Shown here: positions 1 through 10,267 of the stretch, piece by piece | Position numbering within the stretch: the stretch's first letter is position 1 | How the letters are laid out: every line of letters begins with the position of its first letter | Notes under the pieces: model-generated | Told to the model about the DNA's origin: nothing | What the model saw: the letters and a program-made list of their open reading frames with translations, nothing else | Databases searched by the model: none | Position numbers and translations under genes: made by a program | Source: a bacterium | Lineage (GTDB): Bacteria; Patescibacteriota; Minisyncoccia; Minisyncoccales; JAGGXC01 | Assembly (NCBI GenBank): GCA_021163265.1 | Contig: JAGGXC010000015.1 | Location: 1 to 48,212 of the forward strand | Reading direction: 5' to 3' | DNA: 48,212 bases

Positions 1-15
1 AATTAAAATTAATCA

Positions 16-1077
16 ATGTTTTTTGATTTCTTTAAAGTAATTAAGAAAAACTTTCTTGGTGTAGATATAGGAATTTCTTCTATTAAAATAATTGAGCTTT
101 CTCGCTGGGGAAAAAAGATAGAAGTTGTAAATTATGGTCATGTTGCTTCCTCTGCTCTTTATCAGAAGCCCTATCAAGGGTTTGAGAGAGAGAGTAGTTT
201 TATGATTTCTTCTCCTGATGTTTCTAAGATAATTAAAGCAATCTTGAAAGAGGCAGGAATTAAGACAAAAGAAGCTGTTTTTTCTATCCCTGATTTTTCT
301 ACCTTTTTTACCAGTTTTACTCTCCCTCCTATGTCTCGCGAAGAGATTCCGGATGCGGTCAAGTTTGAGGCGAGGCGTCATATTCCGGTTCCTATTTCTG
401 AGGTTGTTTTGGATTGGTTTCTTTTGGGAGGAGAAACAGGCAAAAAAGGTACTCCTTTAGAAGTTCTTCTTGTGGCTGTGCCTCAAGATACAATTAAGAG
501 TTATCAAGAAATTGCAAGCAATTCGTCTCTTGAATTAAAATATCTAGAGGCAGAAGGATTCAGTTTAGCTCGTGCTCTGGTAAGGGAAAAAAAGGATACT
601 GTTTGTCTTGTAGATCTTGGAGCACAAAGTACATCAATTACAGTGGTAGAAGAGGGAAAAATTCAGATCAGTTACAGCTCTGATGTTTCAGGTAATGATT
701 TCACTCACGCTATAAGTAGATCTCTCTCTGTTGATTTTAAAAAAGCGGAAGAAATGAAAAAGATTTACGGGATTGTTTCTAGTGATACAAAAACAATATT
801 GCTCCCTCTGGTTAATTTAATTATAATAGAAATAGAAAAAATTTTTAGATCGTTTGAAAAAGCAGACAAAAGAATAGGAAAGATAATCTTAGCAGGTGGT
901 TCAGCGCTTTTACCTGGCCTTCAAGATTATCTTTCCTCATATTTTAAAAGGCCGGTTCAAATAGCTAATCCTTTTTATAAATTTATCTATCCTTCGTTGC
1001 TTGAAAAAAGAATGAGAGAATTAGGTCCTTCTTTTGCGATCGCTGTGGGAGCAGCTATGCGCGGACTTGAAAAATAA
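16..1077 (+). CDS. pilM: Type IV pilus assembly protein PilM (actin-like ATPase fold)
   Basis: GVDIGISSIKIIEL, VDLGAQST, ILAGGSALLPGL and C-terminal FAIAVGAAMR motifs; first gene of a pilMNO run. Confidence 0.93.
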   Translation: MFFDFFKVIKKNFLGVDIGISSIKIIELSRWGKKIEVVNYGHVASSALYQKPYQGFERESSFMISSPDVSKIIKAILKEAGIKTKEAVFSIPDFSTFFTSFTLPPMSREEIPDAVKFEARRHIPVPISEVVLDWFLLGGETGKKGTPLEVLLVAVPQDTIKSYQEIASNSSLELKYLEAEGFSLARALVREKKDTVCLVDLGAQSTSITVVEEGKIQISYSSDVSGNDFTHAISRSLSVDFKKAEEMKKIYGIVSSDTKTILLPLVNLIIIEIEKIFRSFEKADKRIGKIILAGGSALLPGLQDYLSSYFKRPVQIANPFYKFIYPSLLEKRMRELGPSFAIAVGAAMRGLEK

Positions 1078-1082
1078 ATTAT

Positions 1083-1604
1083 ATGGTCGAACTTGCACCA
1101 AAACCTAAGCCAAAAACAAACTTAGCATCTAAAGCCTTATTTTGTATATCGCTTGTTTTGCTAATTGCTACATTAGGACTTCTTGTATTTCTGCATTTTT
1201 ATTTAGTTCCTGTCAAAGAAAAAGAAATGCAGAGCCTTCAAGATAAATTAACTCAGCAGCAAACTCCGTTAAAGAAATTAGAAAAGGAGCTTTCCGAAGA
1301 ACAAGCAAGAATTAATACTCTCTCTTTGTTGATTAATTATCGCAAAAAAGCTACACCATTTTTGGCGGCTGTGGAACAAAGCACTCATAAAAACATTAAG
1401 TGGAATTCGCTTCAGGTAGATACTGAAAAAGGAAGTCTTTCTTTAAGTGGTCAGGCAATAGATCTACCTTCCCTAACCCAGGAGCTTATGTATTTAAATA
1501 GAAGTTCTAATTTTTCGCAGGTTGAGCTGAGCAATATTGCTATAAAAGAAGGATTGGTGAGCTTTAAGCTAAGTCTTCAAGTGGCTCCTAATTTATTTAA
1601 ATAG
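1083..1604 (+). CDS. pilN: PilN-like alignment protein
   Basis: N-terminal TM, coiled coil, ferredoxin-like C-terminus (LSLSGQA...FSQVELSNI...VSFKLSL); position after pilM. Confidence 0.75.
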   Translation: MVELAPKPKPKTNLASKALFCISLVLLIATLGLLVFLHFYLVPVKEKEMQSLQDKLTQQQTPLKKLEKELSEEQARINTLSLLINYRKKATPFLAAVEQSTHKNIKWNSLQVDTEKGSLSLSGQAIDLPSLTQELMYLNRSSNFSQVELSNIAIKEGLVSFKLSLQVAPNLFK

Positions 1605-1614
1605 AATTTACAAT

Positions 1615-2160
1615 ATGCGTGTTTATCTCAGCATAATATTTTTAATCTCCGTTGTTTTTATAGGATATTTTCTTGTGTGGCCTGAGTATCAAAAAATAAC
1701 AGTGATTCAGTCAAATATTGAGGGATTGAATATGAGGATAAGTCAAAATGAAGAGTATTTGGAGAGTTTAAGAAACTTAAAGGACAAATTAGAAAACTAC
1801 AAAGAAGAACTATCAATGTTAGATGTTATCTTGCCTAAAGAGTTTTATCTTCCCCACTTATTTTACGGCATTCAGGAGATGGTACAAGAACACAACTTGA
1901 CTTTGGATAGTATTGGCGGAAATTATGGGACATTTGAGAAATCTCCGGATATTCAGAAAGTAAGACTATCAATTGGAATTAGTGGTAGATACAGAGATTT
2001 TAAAAATTTTCTTGATTCTCTTCAACACTCAAGACGTTTTTTTAGTATAGAGAAAATATCGATCACTCCAACTCAAGAAGGTCCATTTCATTTTTCTCTT
2101 GAAATTAACACTTTCTTTTATCAGAAGGCAAGTCCTAGAAAAAAAGATTTATCAAGATAA
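1615..2160 (+). CDS. pilO: PilO-like alignment protein
   Basis: N-terminal TM, coiled coil, ILPKE and ISGRYRDFKNFLDSLQHSRRFFSIEKISI motifs typical of PilO. Confidence 0.85.
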   Translation: MRVYLSIIFLISVVFIGYFLVWPEYQKITVIQSNIEGLNMRISQNEEYLESLRNLKDKLENYKEELSMLDVILPKEFYLPHLFYGIQEMVQEHNLTLDSIGGNYGTFEKSPDIQKVRLSIGISGRYRDFKNFLDSLQHSRRFFSIEKISITPTQEGPFHFSLEINTFFYQKASPRKKDLSR

Positions 2161-2172
2161 TTACATAATTCT

Positions 2173-2520
2173 ATGGCAATTACAATTGTTGAACAGAGAA
2201 AAACTCAGAAACATTTAGTTATTGTGCTTGGTATTGCACTTGCAGGAATTTTATTTATCCTTCTTGCTAAATTTGTAAAGATTGAAGAAATTCCTGTTCC
2301 TTCTCTTCCTTCTCCCCGTCTTCCCAAGATTGAGATTAATTTCGATGTTTTAGAAAATCCTACATTGAAAGAGTTGACGGAACCATTTCCTGAACTTCCT
2401 TCTTTGTCTTCTGTGGATATAGATCAATGCTTTGGACGAGAAAATCCTTTTCAGGAGATGGGATGGGGAGAATTTAGAGAGATGTATAGTTCTGGTGAAG
2501 AAGGAGAGATTAATGAATAA
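2173..2520 (+). CDS. Small membrane protein in the PilP position
   Basis: Single TM, Pro-rich linker, GRENPF resembling the PilP RDPF motif; no lipobox. Confidence 0.55.
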   Translation: MAITIVEQRKTQKHLVIVLGIALAGILFILLAKFVKIEEIPVPSLPSPRLPKIEINFDVLENPTLKELTEPFPELPSLSSVDIDQCFGRENPFQEMGWGEFREMYSSGEEGEINE

Positions 2521-2591
2521 TAGGAGTAAGCTAGGATAATTTTGAAAAGAAGAGATTTATATTCTTTGTGTAATAACTAATTTTTTGTGAA

Positions 2592-4319
2592 ATGGCTACG
2601 CTACTTGATCAATTAGTTCAAAAAGGGCTTTTGGATAAAAAGAAGGCAGCTTCTTTGGAATATGAGATTAAAACTTCTGGCCAAAGAGAAGAAGAAGTTA
2701 TATTAAAGCACAAAATTGTTTCGGAAATAGAACTTTTTAACTTAAAAAGTGAAAGTCTAAAGATTCCCTTAAAACAGCCTTCTTTAGATAATATTTCTCC
2801 CGATGTTCTGAAGGCAATTCCTGAAGATTCTGCTACTTTTTATAAAATGATTCCTTTGGCAAAAAAAGGAAAACTTTTAGAAGTAGGAATGGTTTATCCG
2901 GAAGATCTTAAGTCTCAAGAAGCTCTGAAGTTTCTTGCGAGAAGGCAAGGTATAGATTACAAAATTTTTCTTGTGACTCCCACTTTTTATAATCAAGTTC
3001 TTCAGAAATACAGGACTTTAAGAAGAGAAGTAGGGAAGGCTCTTGAAGAATTAGAGACAGAGATTAAACCTGAAGAAACAAAAAAAGCTGTTTCAGAGAC
3101 AGAATTAAAAAGATTAGTGGAGGAGGCTCCTATTGCTAAGATAGTGGCAGTGATATTGAGACATGCTGTAGAAGGAGAGGCATCTGATATTCATATAGAG
3201 CCTACGAGGGAGAAAATAAGAGTAAGGTTTAGGTTAGATGGGGTGCTTCATTCTTCCATCTTTTTGCCTTTAAGAATTCACCCAGCAATCGTGGCGCGGA
3301 TTAAAATTCTTTCTCGTCTCAAGTTAGATGAGAGCCGAGTTCCTCAAGATGGTCGTTTTTCTATTCAAGTAGGAGACAATATCATTGACTTTCGTGTTTC
3401 AACCTTTCCTACCAACGAAGGCGAGAAAGTAGCAATAAGAGTATTAGATCCAAGAAAAGGTATGAAAACTCTTCATGAATTAGGTTTTCGTAAAGAAAGC
3501 CTCGCCATTATAGAAGAAGCGATTAAAAAGCCTTATGGTGCTATTTTAGCAACAGGACCTACTGGTTGTGGTAAGACAACTACTCTTTATGCAATCCTAC
3601 GGAAATTAAATAAGGAAGGAGTAAATATTGTCACTTTAGAAGATCCTATAGAATATTATATAGAAGGAATCAATCAGTCTCAGATAAGGCCGGAGATTGG
3701 CTATACTTTTGCTTCTGGATTGAGGACAGTGGTAAGACAAGACCCTGATATTATTATGGTAGGAGAGATTCGTGATTCAGAAACTGCTTCTCTTGCTACT
3801 CACGCTGCTCTTACAGGACATCTTGTTTTGTCTACTCTGCATACCAACAGTTCAGTAGGGGTTGTGCCACGATTAATAGATTTGGGAGTAGAAAGATATT
3901 TAGTTCCTTCTACTTTAAATATAGCTATAGCTCAAAGGCTGGTGAGGAAACTTTGTCCTTATTGTAAAAAGAAGATAGAAGCAAAAGGAGAGGTGAAAAA
4001 GTTGATAATGAAAGAGATTAACAATCTTCCTGGATATCTCAGAAAAGAATATAAGAAGAAAAATTCGTTCTTTATTTACAAACCGCAAGGATGTCAGAAG
4101 TGTCGTCAAGAAGGATATATTGGTAGAGTAGCAGTAGCTGAAGTCTTAAAAATGACCGAAAGGCTGTCGGAAATTATATTAACAAATCCATCTGAAGGTC
4201 AGATTGCCAAAGAAGCTCAGCGCCAAGGCATGATTACAATGCGTCAAGATGGTATTCTTAAAGTTTTGGAGGGAGTAACTTCAATAGAAGAAGTACTTAG
4301 AGTAACAGCAGAAGTTTAA
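2592..4319 (+). CDS. pilB: Type IV pilus extension ATPase PilB/GspE
   Basis: ASDIHIEP, Walker A GPTGCGKTTT, Asp box TLEDPIEY, RQDPDIIMVGEIRD, His box STLHTN, tetra-Cys zinc motif. Confidence 0.95.
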   Translation: MATLLDQLVQKGLLDKKKAASLEYEIKTSGQREEEVILKHKIVSEIELFNLKSESLKIPLKQPSLDNISPDVLKAIPEDSATFYKMIPLAKKGKLLEVGMVYPEDLKSQEALKFLARRQGIDYKIFLVTPTFYNQVLQKYRTLRREVGKALEELETEIKPEETKKAVSETELKRLVEEAPIAKIVAVILRHAVEGEASDIHIEPTREKIRVRFRLDGVLHSSIFLPLRIHPAIVARIKILSRLKLDESRVPQDGRFSIQVGDNIIDFRVSTFPTNEGEKVAIRVLDPRKGMKTLHELGFRKESLAIIEEAIKKPYGAILATGPTGCGKTTTLYAILRKLNKEGVNIVTLEDPIEYYIEGINQSQIRPEIGYTFASGLRTVVRQDPDIIMVGEIRDSETASLATHAALTGHLVLSTLHTNSSVGVVPRLIDLGVERYLVPSTLNIAIAQRLVRKLCPYCKKKIEAKGEVKKLIMKEINNLPGYLRKEYKKKNSFFIYKPQGCQKCRQEGYIGRVAVAEVLKMTERLSEIILTNPSEGQIAKEAQRQGMITMRQDGILKVLEGVTSIEEVLRVTAEV

Positions 4320-4336
4320 TTATGATGATATAAATT

Positions 4337-4720
4337 ATGAAAAAGATACTCCTTGTTGAAGATGATCCATTTCTTATAGATATATATAAAACAAAATTAA
4401 AACAAGAGGGATTTCAAGTAGAAGTGGCAAAAGATGGAGAGAGCGCTCTTAATTTGTTAGAAGAAAAGTCTCCGGATTTGTTGTTGCTCGATATAGTGAT
4501 ACCTCATGTAGATGGATGGGAAATTTTAAAATGGATAAGATCAAAAGAAAAGTTTAAGAATCTGAAAGTTATTGTTCTCTCTAATTTAGGGCAAAAAGAA
4601 GAAGTCAAAAAAGGGATGGAATTGGGGGCTACTAAATATCTTATTAAGGCTCACTATACGCCGACTGAAATAGTAAAAGAAATAAAAAAGGTATTGAAGG
4701 AAAATAACAATCAGAAATAA
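4337..4720 (+). CDS. Stand-alone receiver-domain response regulator
   Basis: ILLVEDD, phospho-acceptor DLLLLDIVIP, VIVLSN, YLIK; no output domain. Confidence 0.92.
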   Translation: MKKILLVEDDPFLIDIYKTKLKQEGFQVEVAKDGESALNLLEEKSPDLLLLDIVIPHVDGWEILKWIRSKEKFKNLKVIVLSNLGQKEEVKKGMELGATKYLIKAHYTPTEIVKEIKKVLKENNNQK

Positions 4721-4732
4721 AATAATAAAAAT

Positions 4733-5818
4733 ATGTCTTCCTCTAAAGAAGAATATTACAAAGATCTCATTGCTGAGCTTTTGTTGCTTACTATTAAAGC
4801 TCAGGCTTCAGATCTTCATCTTTCTCCTACTCATCCACCGATGCTAAGGATAGCAGGTCAGTTATCTCCTTTACTTAAGAAAAGAAAGCTCAAGCCAGAA
4901 GATACTCAAGGTCTTGCTTTTGCTTTGATGACAGAAGGAGAGAAAGAAAGATTTTTGAAGAAAAAAGATATTGATTTTTCTTATGATTTTGAAGGCCAAG
5001 CTCGCTTTAGAGTGAATATATTTCAGCAAGCTAGAGGAATTAGTGTGGCATTACGTCTAATTCCTAACAAAATTAGAACTATAGAGGAGCTTAATTTGCC
5101 TCCTGTTTTACATCAGTTCACAACTCCTACTCAGGGGTTTGTTTTGATTACCGGCCCCAGTAGTCATGGGAAATCTACTACGATGGCAGCTTTGATTGAT
5201 GAGATAAATCATACCCGTACTGATCACATAATTACTATTGAAGATCCTATTGAATATGTTTTTGAAGATGATAAATGTATTATTGATCAAAGAGAGGTTT
5301 ACCAGCATGCTTTAAGTTTTGCGCGTGCTCTTCGTGCTACATTCCGTCAGGATCCCGATGTGATTATGATAGGAGAAATGAGAGATCCTGAGACTATCTC
5401 TACCGCTATTACTGCTGCAGAAACCGGTCATTTGGTGTTTGCTACTCTCCATACTAATTCGGCTGCTCAAACTATTCACCGAATTATAGACAGCTTTCCT
5501 TCAAGTCAGCAGAATCAAGTAAGAAGTCAGCTGTCTGCTTCTTTGCTTGGAGTTATTTCTCAAAGATTGCTTCCTTGTTTGAAAGGAGGATTGATTCCTG
5601 CATGTGAAGTAATGTTTGCAACACCTGCTGTGGCCAGTTTGATTAGAGAAAATAAGATTCATGAATTGCCTTTAGTGATTGAGACATCGGCTGAGCAAGG
5701 AATGATTTCTTTAAATAAATCCCTTGCCGATTTAGTGAGAAGAGGAGAAGTTTCTGTGAAAAATGCTCTTAATTATTCTTTGGCTCCAAAAGAACTCAGA
5801 AGCTTAATTAGAAAATAG
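4733..5818 (+). CDS. pilT: Type IV pilus retraction ATPase PilT
   Basis: ASDLHL, RFRVN, ITIEDPIEY, RQDPDVIMIGEMRD, AETGHLVFATLHT; Walker A variant GPSSHGKST. Confidence 0.93.
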   Translation: MSSSKEEYYKDLIAELLLLTIKAQASDLHLSPTHPPMLRIAGQLSPLLKKRKLKPEDTQGLAFALMTEGEKERFLKKKDIDFSYDFEGQARFRVNIFQQARGISVALRLIPNKIRTIEELNLPPVLHQFTTPTQGFVLITGPSSHGKSTTMAALIDEINHTRTDHIITIEDPIEYVFEDDKCIIDQREVYQHALSFARALRATFRQDPDVIMIGEMRDPETISTAITAAETGHLVFATLHTNSAAQTIHRIIDSFPSSQQNQVRSQLSASLLGVISQRLLPCLKGGLIPACEVMFATPAVASLIRENKIHELPLVIETSAEQGMISLNKSLADLVRRGEVSVKNALNYSLAPKELRSLIRK

Positions 5819-5824
5819 TAGGGT

Positions 5825-7033
5825 ATGAAGTTTAATTATCAAGCAAGAACAAAAACAGGCCAAGTCCAGGTAGGAACGGTAGAAGCTGCTTCCAGGGAAG
5901 GAGCTTTGATGCTTCTTCAAAAACATGATTTGTATGTTACTAAACTAGAATCGGCCGAAGAAGTTCCTTTTTATGCAAGAAAACTGGAACTGAAAAGAAT
6001 TACCAAAAGTGATTTAGTAATGTTTTCGCGTCAGCTTTCTATAATGTTTGAATCAAAAGTTCCGTTGATTGAGTCATTGCGGACTTTGGCTGAACAGCAG
6101 ACTAGTTCTCGGTTCAAAGAAATACTTTTAGATATCTCAGAGAAAGTAGAAGGAGGAATTCCTTTTTCTCAAGCCCTTTCCGCATACCCTAACTTATTTG
6201 ACCCTTTTTTTGTGAATATGGTCAGATCTGGAGAAGCTTCTGGAAAGCTTTCCGAAACGCTGTCTTATCTTGCCGATCATATAGAAAGAGAGTATGAGCT
6301 TACATCAAAGATAAGAGGAGCAATGATTTACCCTATTATAATTATTACAATGATGTTGTTTATCGGAATCTTGATGTCAATATATGCTCTCCCTGGGCTT
6401 CTTGAGCTTCTTCAAGAAACACACCAAGAATTACCCTTTTTTACGCGAATAATTATTGCTGTAATCAATTTTGTTAAAAGCTGGATGGGCGTTGCTACAT
6501 TTATAGGATTTATAGTGGCAGTTGCCCTTTTGTTTAAATATACAAAAACCAGCGAAGGAAAGGATAGACTAGATAGGCTTTTGCTTAAGATTCCAGTGAT
6601 TAATAGTTTTCTTAAGATGGTGTATGTTGCACGTTTTACCGAGAACCTTTCTACTTTAATTGCAGGGGGTTTGCCGATTGCAAAAGCTTTAATAATCACA
6701 GGGAGTGTAGTAGGTAATGTGCGTTATCAAGAGGCTCTTGAAAAGGTCACAGAAGAGGTGAGAAAAGGAGAAAAAATATCTTCCGGACTCAAAAAATTTC
6801 CTGATCTTTTTCCTCCTATCTTAACTACTATGGTTCTAGTAGGGGAAAAAACAGGAAGTTTAGATACAACTCTTTTGAATATAGTTAGATTCTATCGTAT
6901 GGAGATAGATCGGAGATTAAATAATCTTTTGAAAATAATTGAACCAGCGTTAATTTTGATCTTGGGGGTGGGCGTAGGAATATTTATTGCTTCTATTTTG
7001 CTTCCTCTTTATCAAGCAATTACCTCAATTTAG
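5825..7033 (+). CDS. pilC: Type IV pilus platform protein PilC/GspF
   Basis: [35 protein letters not shown]; two T2SSF repeats and three TMs. Confidence 0.95.
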   Translation: MKFNYQARTKTGQVQVGTVEAASREGALMLLQKHDLYVTKLESAEEVPFYARKLELKRITKSDLVMFSRQLSIMFESKVPLIESLRTLAEQQTSSRFKEILLDISEKVEGGIPFSQALSAYPNLFDPFFVNMVRSGEASGKLSETLSYLADHIEREYELTSKIRGAMIYPIIIITMMLFIGILMSIYALPGLLELLQETHQELPFFTRIIIAVINFVKSWMGVATFIGFIVAVALLFKYTKTSEGKDRLDRLLLKIPVINSFLKMVYVARFTENLSTLIAGGLPIAKALIITGSVVGNVRYQEALEKVTEEVRKGEKISSGLKKFPDLFPPILTTMVLVGEKTGSLDTTLLNIVRFYRMEIDRRLNNLLKIIEPALILILGVGVGIFIASILLPLYQAITSI

Positions 7034-7073
7034 TTTTCCACAAGTTGTCGCAAGGGATAAAAAATGATATTAT
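7034..7073 (+). promoter_or_regulatory. Putative sigma70 promoter of the major pilin with an adjacent DnaA-box-like 9-mer
   Basis: TTTTCCACA 7034-7042; TTGTCG 7045-7050, 17 bp spacer, extended -10 TGaTATTAT 7065-7073. Confidence 0.5.
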
Positions 7074-7125
7074 TAAAAACAAGAAAAACAACAATAAAGG
7101 TCGTTTTTTTAAAAAGATAATATCT

Positions 7126-7575
7126 ATGAACAAGAAAAATAAAAAAGGTTTTACATTAATTGAGTTATTGGTAGTAATTGCTATTATTGGGATTCTTGCC
7201 TCAATTGTTTTAGTAGCTTTAGGTTCGGCAAGACAAAAAGCAAGAGATGCTAGAAGGAAATCTGATATTCGTCAGATTTCTTTAGCCCAAGAGATGTATT
7301 ATGATGAACATCAGCACTATGCTACATCTGCGGGTCCTAATGTTCCTGCAAGTATCGGTACTTACTTAGATCCTGTGCCGGATGATCCTCTGGAAACTCA
7401 AGGTATACATTATAGATGGATTAATAATAGTACTGATCCTAGTAGATATTGTGTATGTGCGCACTTAGAAGCAAGTGGTGGTGGTTGTTTCGTGGCATCT
7501 TGGAAAGGAGTAAAAGCAAGTAGTACTTGTTCTAGTTGTTCGGATTTTACATCATTAGACGATTGTGATTTCTGA
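7126..7575 (+). CDS. pilA: Probable major type IV pilin
   Basis: KKG|[20 protein letters not shown] class III signal, [10 protein letters not shown] helix; own promoter and terminator; ATG 7126 preferred over TTG 7045; six Cys in the head. Confidence 0.88.
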   Translation: MNKKNKKGFTLIELLVVIAIIGILASIVLVALGSARQKARDARRKSDIRQISLAQEMYYDEHQHYATSAGPNVPASIGTYLDPVPDDPLETQGIHYRWINNSTDPSRYCVCAHLEASGGGCFVASWKGVKASSTCSSCSDFTSLDDCDF

Positions 7576-7625
7576 TGAATTTTACATTTAATCTGTAGGA
7601 TCTATAAGAAATGATGTAAATGATT

Positions 7626-7661
7626 AACCTCTCCTTCTCAATTCAAAAGGAGAGGTTTTTT
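7626..7661 (+). terminator. Intrinsic terminator after the pilin gene
   Basis: AACCTCTCCTT / AAGGAGAGGTT 11-bp stem followed by a T run. Confidence 0.85.
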
Positions 7662-7726
7662 GGTACACTAGTTTATTTATCCACGTTCTTTTTACTCAAC
7701 TCCGGATGTTGAGTAATTATTGAGTA

Positions 7727-8536
7727 GTGGAAATGTTAATGTTTTATTTATTTATATTTTTATTGGGGCTTGCTGTCGGATCTTTTTTGAATTGTGTGAT
7801 TTACCGGCTTAACAGAGAAGAAAGTCTTTTAAAAGGACGTTCTTTCTGTCCTTATTGTCGTCATAAACTAGCATGGTTCGATCTAATTCCGGTTCTGAGT
7901 TTTTTGATACTTAGAGGAAAGTGTCGTTATTGTCATAAAAAGATTTCTTTGCAATACCCTCTGGTAGAACTTGCAACTGCCTTTCTGTTTCTTCTTTCCG
8001 TAGCTCATTTTGGATTGTCATTTGATTTGTTTTCTTTATTGAATATTTCTTTTATTTTTCTTTCCCTTTCCTTTTTGGTTATTATTTTCGCCTATGATCT
8101 TAAGCATTTTATTATCCCTGACAAAATAATCTATCCAGCAATTGTTTCTGCTTTCTTGTATCAAGTTTTTCTAGCAACAAGATTGAGCTCTAATATTGAA
8201 AGTGTTGATTCGATTTTAAGGGCAGTCTTTGCTGGTTTTTGTGCTGGAGGATTTTTTTTATTTATCTATCTTCTCTCGCAGGGAAAATGGATGGGTTTTG
8301 GCGATGTTAAATTAGCAGTATTTTTAGGGTTTTTGGTAAGCTGGCCTAACATTTTAGTTGCTCTCTTTTTTGCTTTCTTAATTGGTGCTATAATAGGAAT
8401 AATCCTAATTCTTTTTAGAAAAAGGAGTTTAAAATCCGAAGTTCCTTTTGCTCCTTTTCTGGTAGCGGGCACTCTTATTGCTTTGTTTTTGGGAACGAAA
8501 TTAATAGATATTTATATTTCTTTTTTCGTGTTTTGA
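7727..8536 (+). CDS. pilD: Prepilin peptidase/N-methyltransferase PilD (A24A)
   Basis: GSFLNCVIYRL, RSFCPYC, RGKCRYC, YDLKHFIIPD, GFGDVKL, PFAPFL; start may be the ATG at 7733 or 7739. Confidence 0.96.
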   Translation: MEMLMFYLFIFLLGLAVGSFLNCVIYRLNREESLLKGRSFCPYCRHKLAWFDLIPVLSFLILRGKCRYCHKKISLQYPLVELATAFLFLLSVAHFGLSFDLFSLLNISFIFLSLSFLVIIFAYDLKHFIIPDKIIYPAIVSAFLYQVFLATRLSSNIESVDSILRAVFAGFCAGGFFLFIYLLSQGKWMGFGDVKLAVFLGFLVSWPNILVALFFAFLIGAIIGIILILFRKRSLKSEVPFAPFLVAGTLIALFLGTKLIDIYISFFVF

Positions 8537-8554
8537 ACCCTCTTCCTCTATTAT

Positions 8555-9112
8555 ATGGAAAAACAGAAAAAAGACATAGGATTTACTTTGCTTGAGCTGA
8601 TTATAAGCGTGGCTGTGATTTTGCTTTTATCAGTTTTGGTAGTTGCTAGTTATGAAAGACAAGGATACAGGATTGTATTAATGAATGCTTCTCATCAGGT
8701 TGCTCAGGATATTAGGATGATAGAAGAAAAGGCAATGGCGCCTGACAAGGGTGTTTTGATTTACGGTCCTTTGGGAGTTCATATTGAATATGGCACTTCT
8801 GTATATTTTTACTTTTTTGATGAAGATAGAAATAATTTGTATTCTAGTCCCAATGATAGTGTTCTGGAAAAGAAAGCTTTGCCTGGCAATATCTCTTTTC
8901 TGAATCCAGTAGTTAGCACAGGTACAACAGATTTTTCGGTGAATTCGGTGGATATTGTTTTTATCAATCCTGATCCAAAAATAAAGATTACTGGGAATAC
9001 GGGTGTTTCTTTTCCTGAAGGAGATCGTGTAGCTATAAAGTTGTTTAATAGCAATATTTCTGTTACTTCAACAGTAAATGTCTACCAAACAGGTTTAATT
9101 GAGATTAAATAG
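8555..9112 (+). CDS. Minor pilin (FimT/GspH-like)
   Basis: G|FTLLELIISV N-methylation motif; first of four minor pilins. Confidence 0.8.
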   Translation: MEKQKKDIGFTLLELIISVAVILLLSVLVVASYERQGYRIVLMNASHQVAQDIRMIEEKAMAPDKGVLIYGPLGVHIEYGTSVYFYFFDEDRNNLYSSPNDSVLEKKALPGNISFLNPVVSTGTTDFSVNSVDIVFINPDPKIKITGNTGVSFPEGDRVAIKLFNSNISVTSTVNVYQTGLIEIK

Positions 9113-9121
9113 CAAGCTTTT

Positions 9122-9676
9122 ATGAAAAAAAGTCAAGGTTTTACTTTTATAGAGCTACTTCTAAGCGTATTTATAATTTCTATAGGTGTTCTTGTAGGAA
9201 TAGCTGTTATTCAAAAAAGCACATCTTTTACTTCTCTTTCGGTTTCAAGAAGACAGGCATATTTCTTAGCTAAAGAAGGTATAGAAGTTGTAAGGAATAT
9301 AAGGGATACAAGTTGGTTGGATGGAGAAGATCCTTTTACTGTGAGACAAAGCGGCGGAGACATAGTTTGGCCTCCGGATGGAGTGGGGGTGCCAGTTTCA
9401 CCTCCCGGACCGATTTCAGGAACGGTTTATCTCGACTGCTTTAGCGAAGAGTTTCCTGATAGTAATTGCCAAAATAAGCCTTATTTGGCTTTTGATCACG
9501 GTTTTTGGCGATGCTCTCGAGAAGGAAAATTCAAAAGAGAAGTTACACTTACTTTTTCAGGCAGGAAAGGGCTTTCCTCTTTTGCTCAGTTAAGCATTGC
9601 TTCAAAGGTCCAATGGACAGAATCAGGGTCTTCTCATGAAGTTGTGCTTTATCAGACTTTATATAATTGGCGCTAA
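9122..9676 (+). CDS. Minor pilin (PilV/GspI-like)
   Basis: G|FTFIELL; AYFLAKEGIEVVRNIRD, FKREVTL, SKVQW, LYNWR pattern. Confidence 0.82.
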   Translation: MKKSQGFTFIELLLSVFIISIGVLVGIAVIQKSTSFTSLSVSRRQAYFLAKEGIEVVRNIRDTSWLDGEDPFTVRQSGGDIVWPPDGVGVPVSPPGPISGTVYLDCFSEEFPDSNCQNKPYLAFDHGFWRCSREGKFKREVTLTFSGRKGLSSFAQLSIASKVQWTESGSSHEVVLYQTLYNWR

Positions 9677-9679
9677 AAT

Positions 9680-10258
9680 ATGATTCTTTTGAAGAAAAAG
9701 AATAATAAAAAAGGTTTTACATTAGTTGAGATAATGGTAACACTGGCTATTTTGGGATTCTTTTTTGGAATAATTACAGGTATTTTTACCATATCACTAA
9801 AATCTCAAAAGAGAGCGCTTATAAAGCAGGAGTTGTTTTTACAGGGAGAATATGTGATGGAATATCTGGCAAAACAATTGGCTTTATCAAGCAACATTTC
9901 ATCTACAACAATGAGTAGCTGCACAGGTAATGTTAATTTTAGTTATGCTACAAGTGTTGGTAGTATAAGGTTTGTTACCTATGATGATAATTGTATTCGT
10001 GTAGGTACGAGCACTGTTAACAATTTGTTTCAAAGAGTTATTTCGGGCGGTTCAGATTGGCCAGATGGCCCTCTTACTTCTGATAAGTTTGAAGTTAAAG
10101 ATTTTAATATTCGTCTTGTTCAAGCTAGCAGTACAACCAATCATCATCAGCCAAGGATAACAATTTACCTTAGAATGAAAGCAAAAAGTACAAAAGAGGA
10201 ATTAGCTCCTGAAGTTGAGTTTCAAACAACGATTTCCCAAAGGAATCTTAATGATTGA
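9680..10258 (+). CDS. Minor pilin (PilW/GspJ-like)
   Basis: G|FTLVEIMV; C-terminal QPRITI...FQTTISQR. Confidence 0.82.
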   Translation: MILLKKKNNKKGFTLVEIMVTLAILGFFFGIITGIFTISLKSQKRALIKQELFLQGEYVMEYLAKQLALSSNISSTTMSSCTGNVNFSYATSVGSIRFVTYDDNCIRVGTSTVNNLFQRVISGGSDWPDGPLTSDKFEVKDFNIRLVQASSTTNHHQPRITIYLRMKAKSTKEELAPEVEFQTTISQRNLND

Positions 10259-10267
10259 TCTTATTTT

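Noticed and set aside
7045-7125. TTG-started extension of the pilin
   Set aside because: It spans the predicted promoter and UTR; ATG 7126 gives a typical short basic leader
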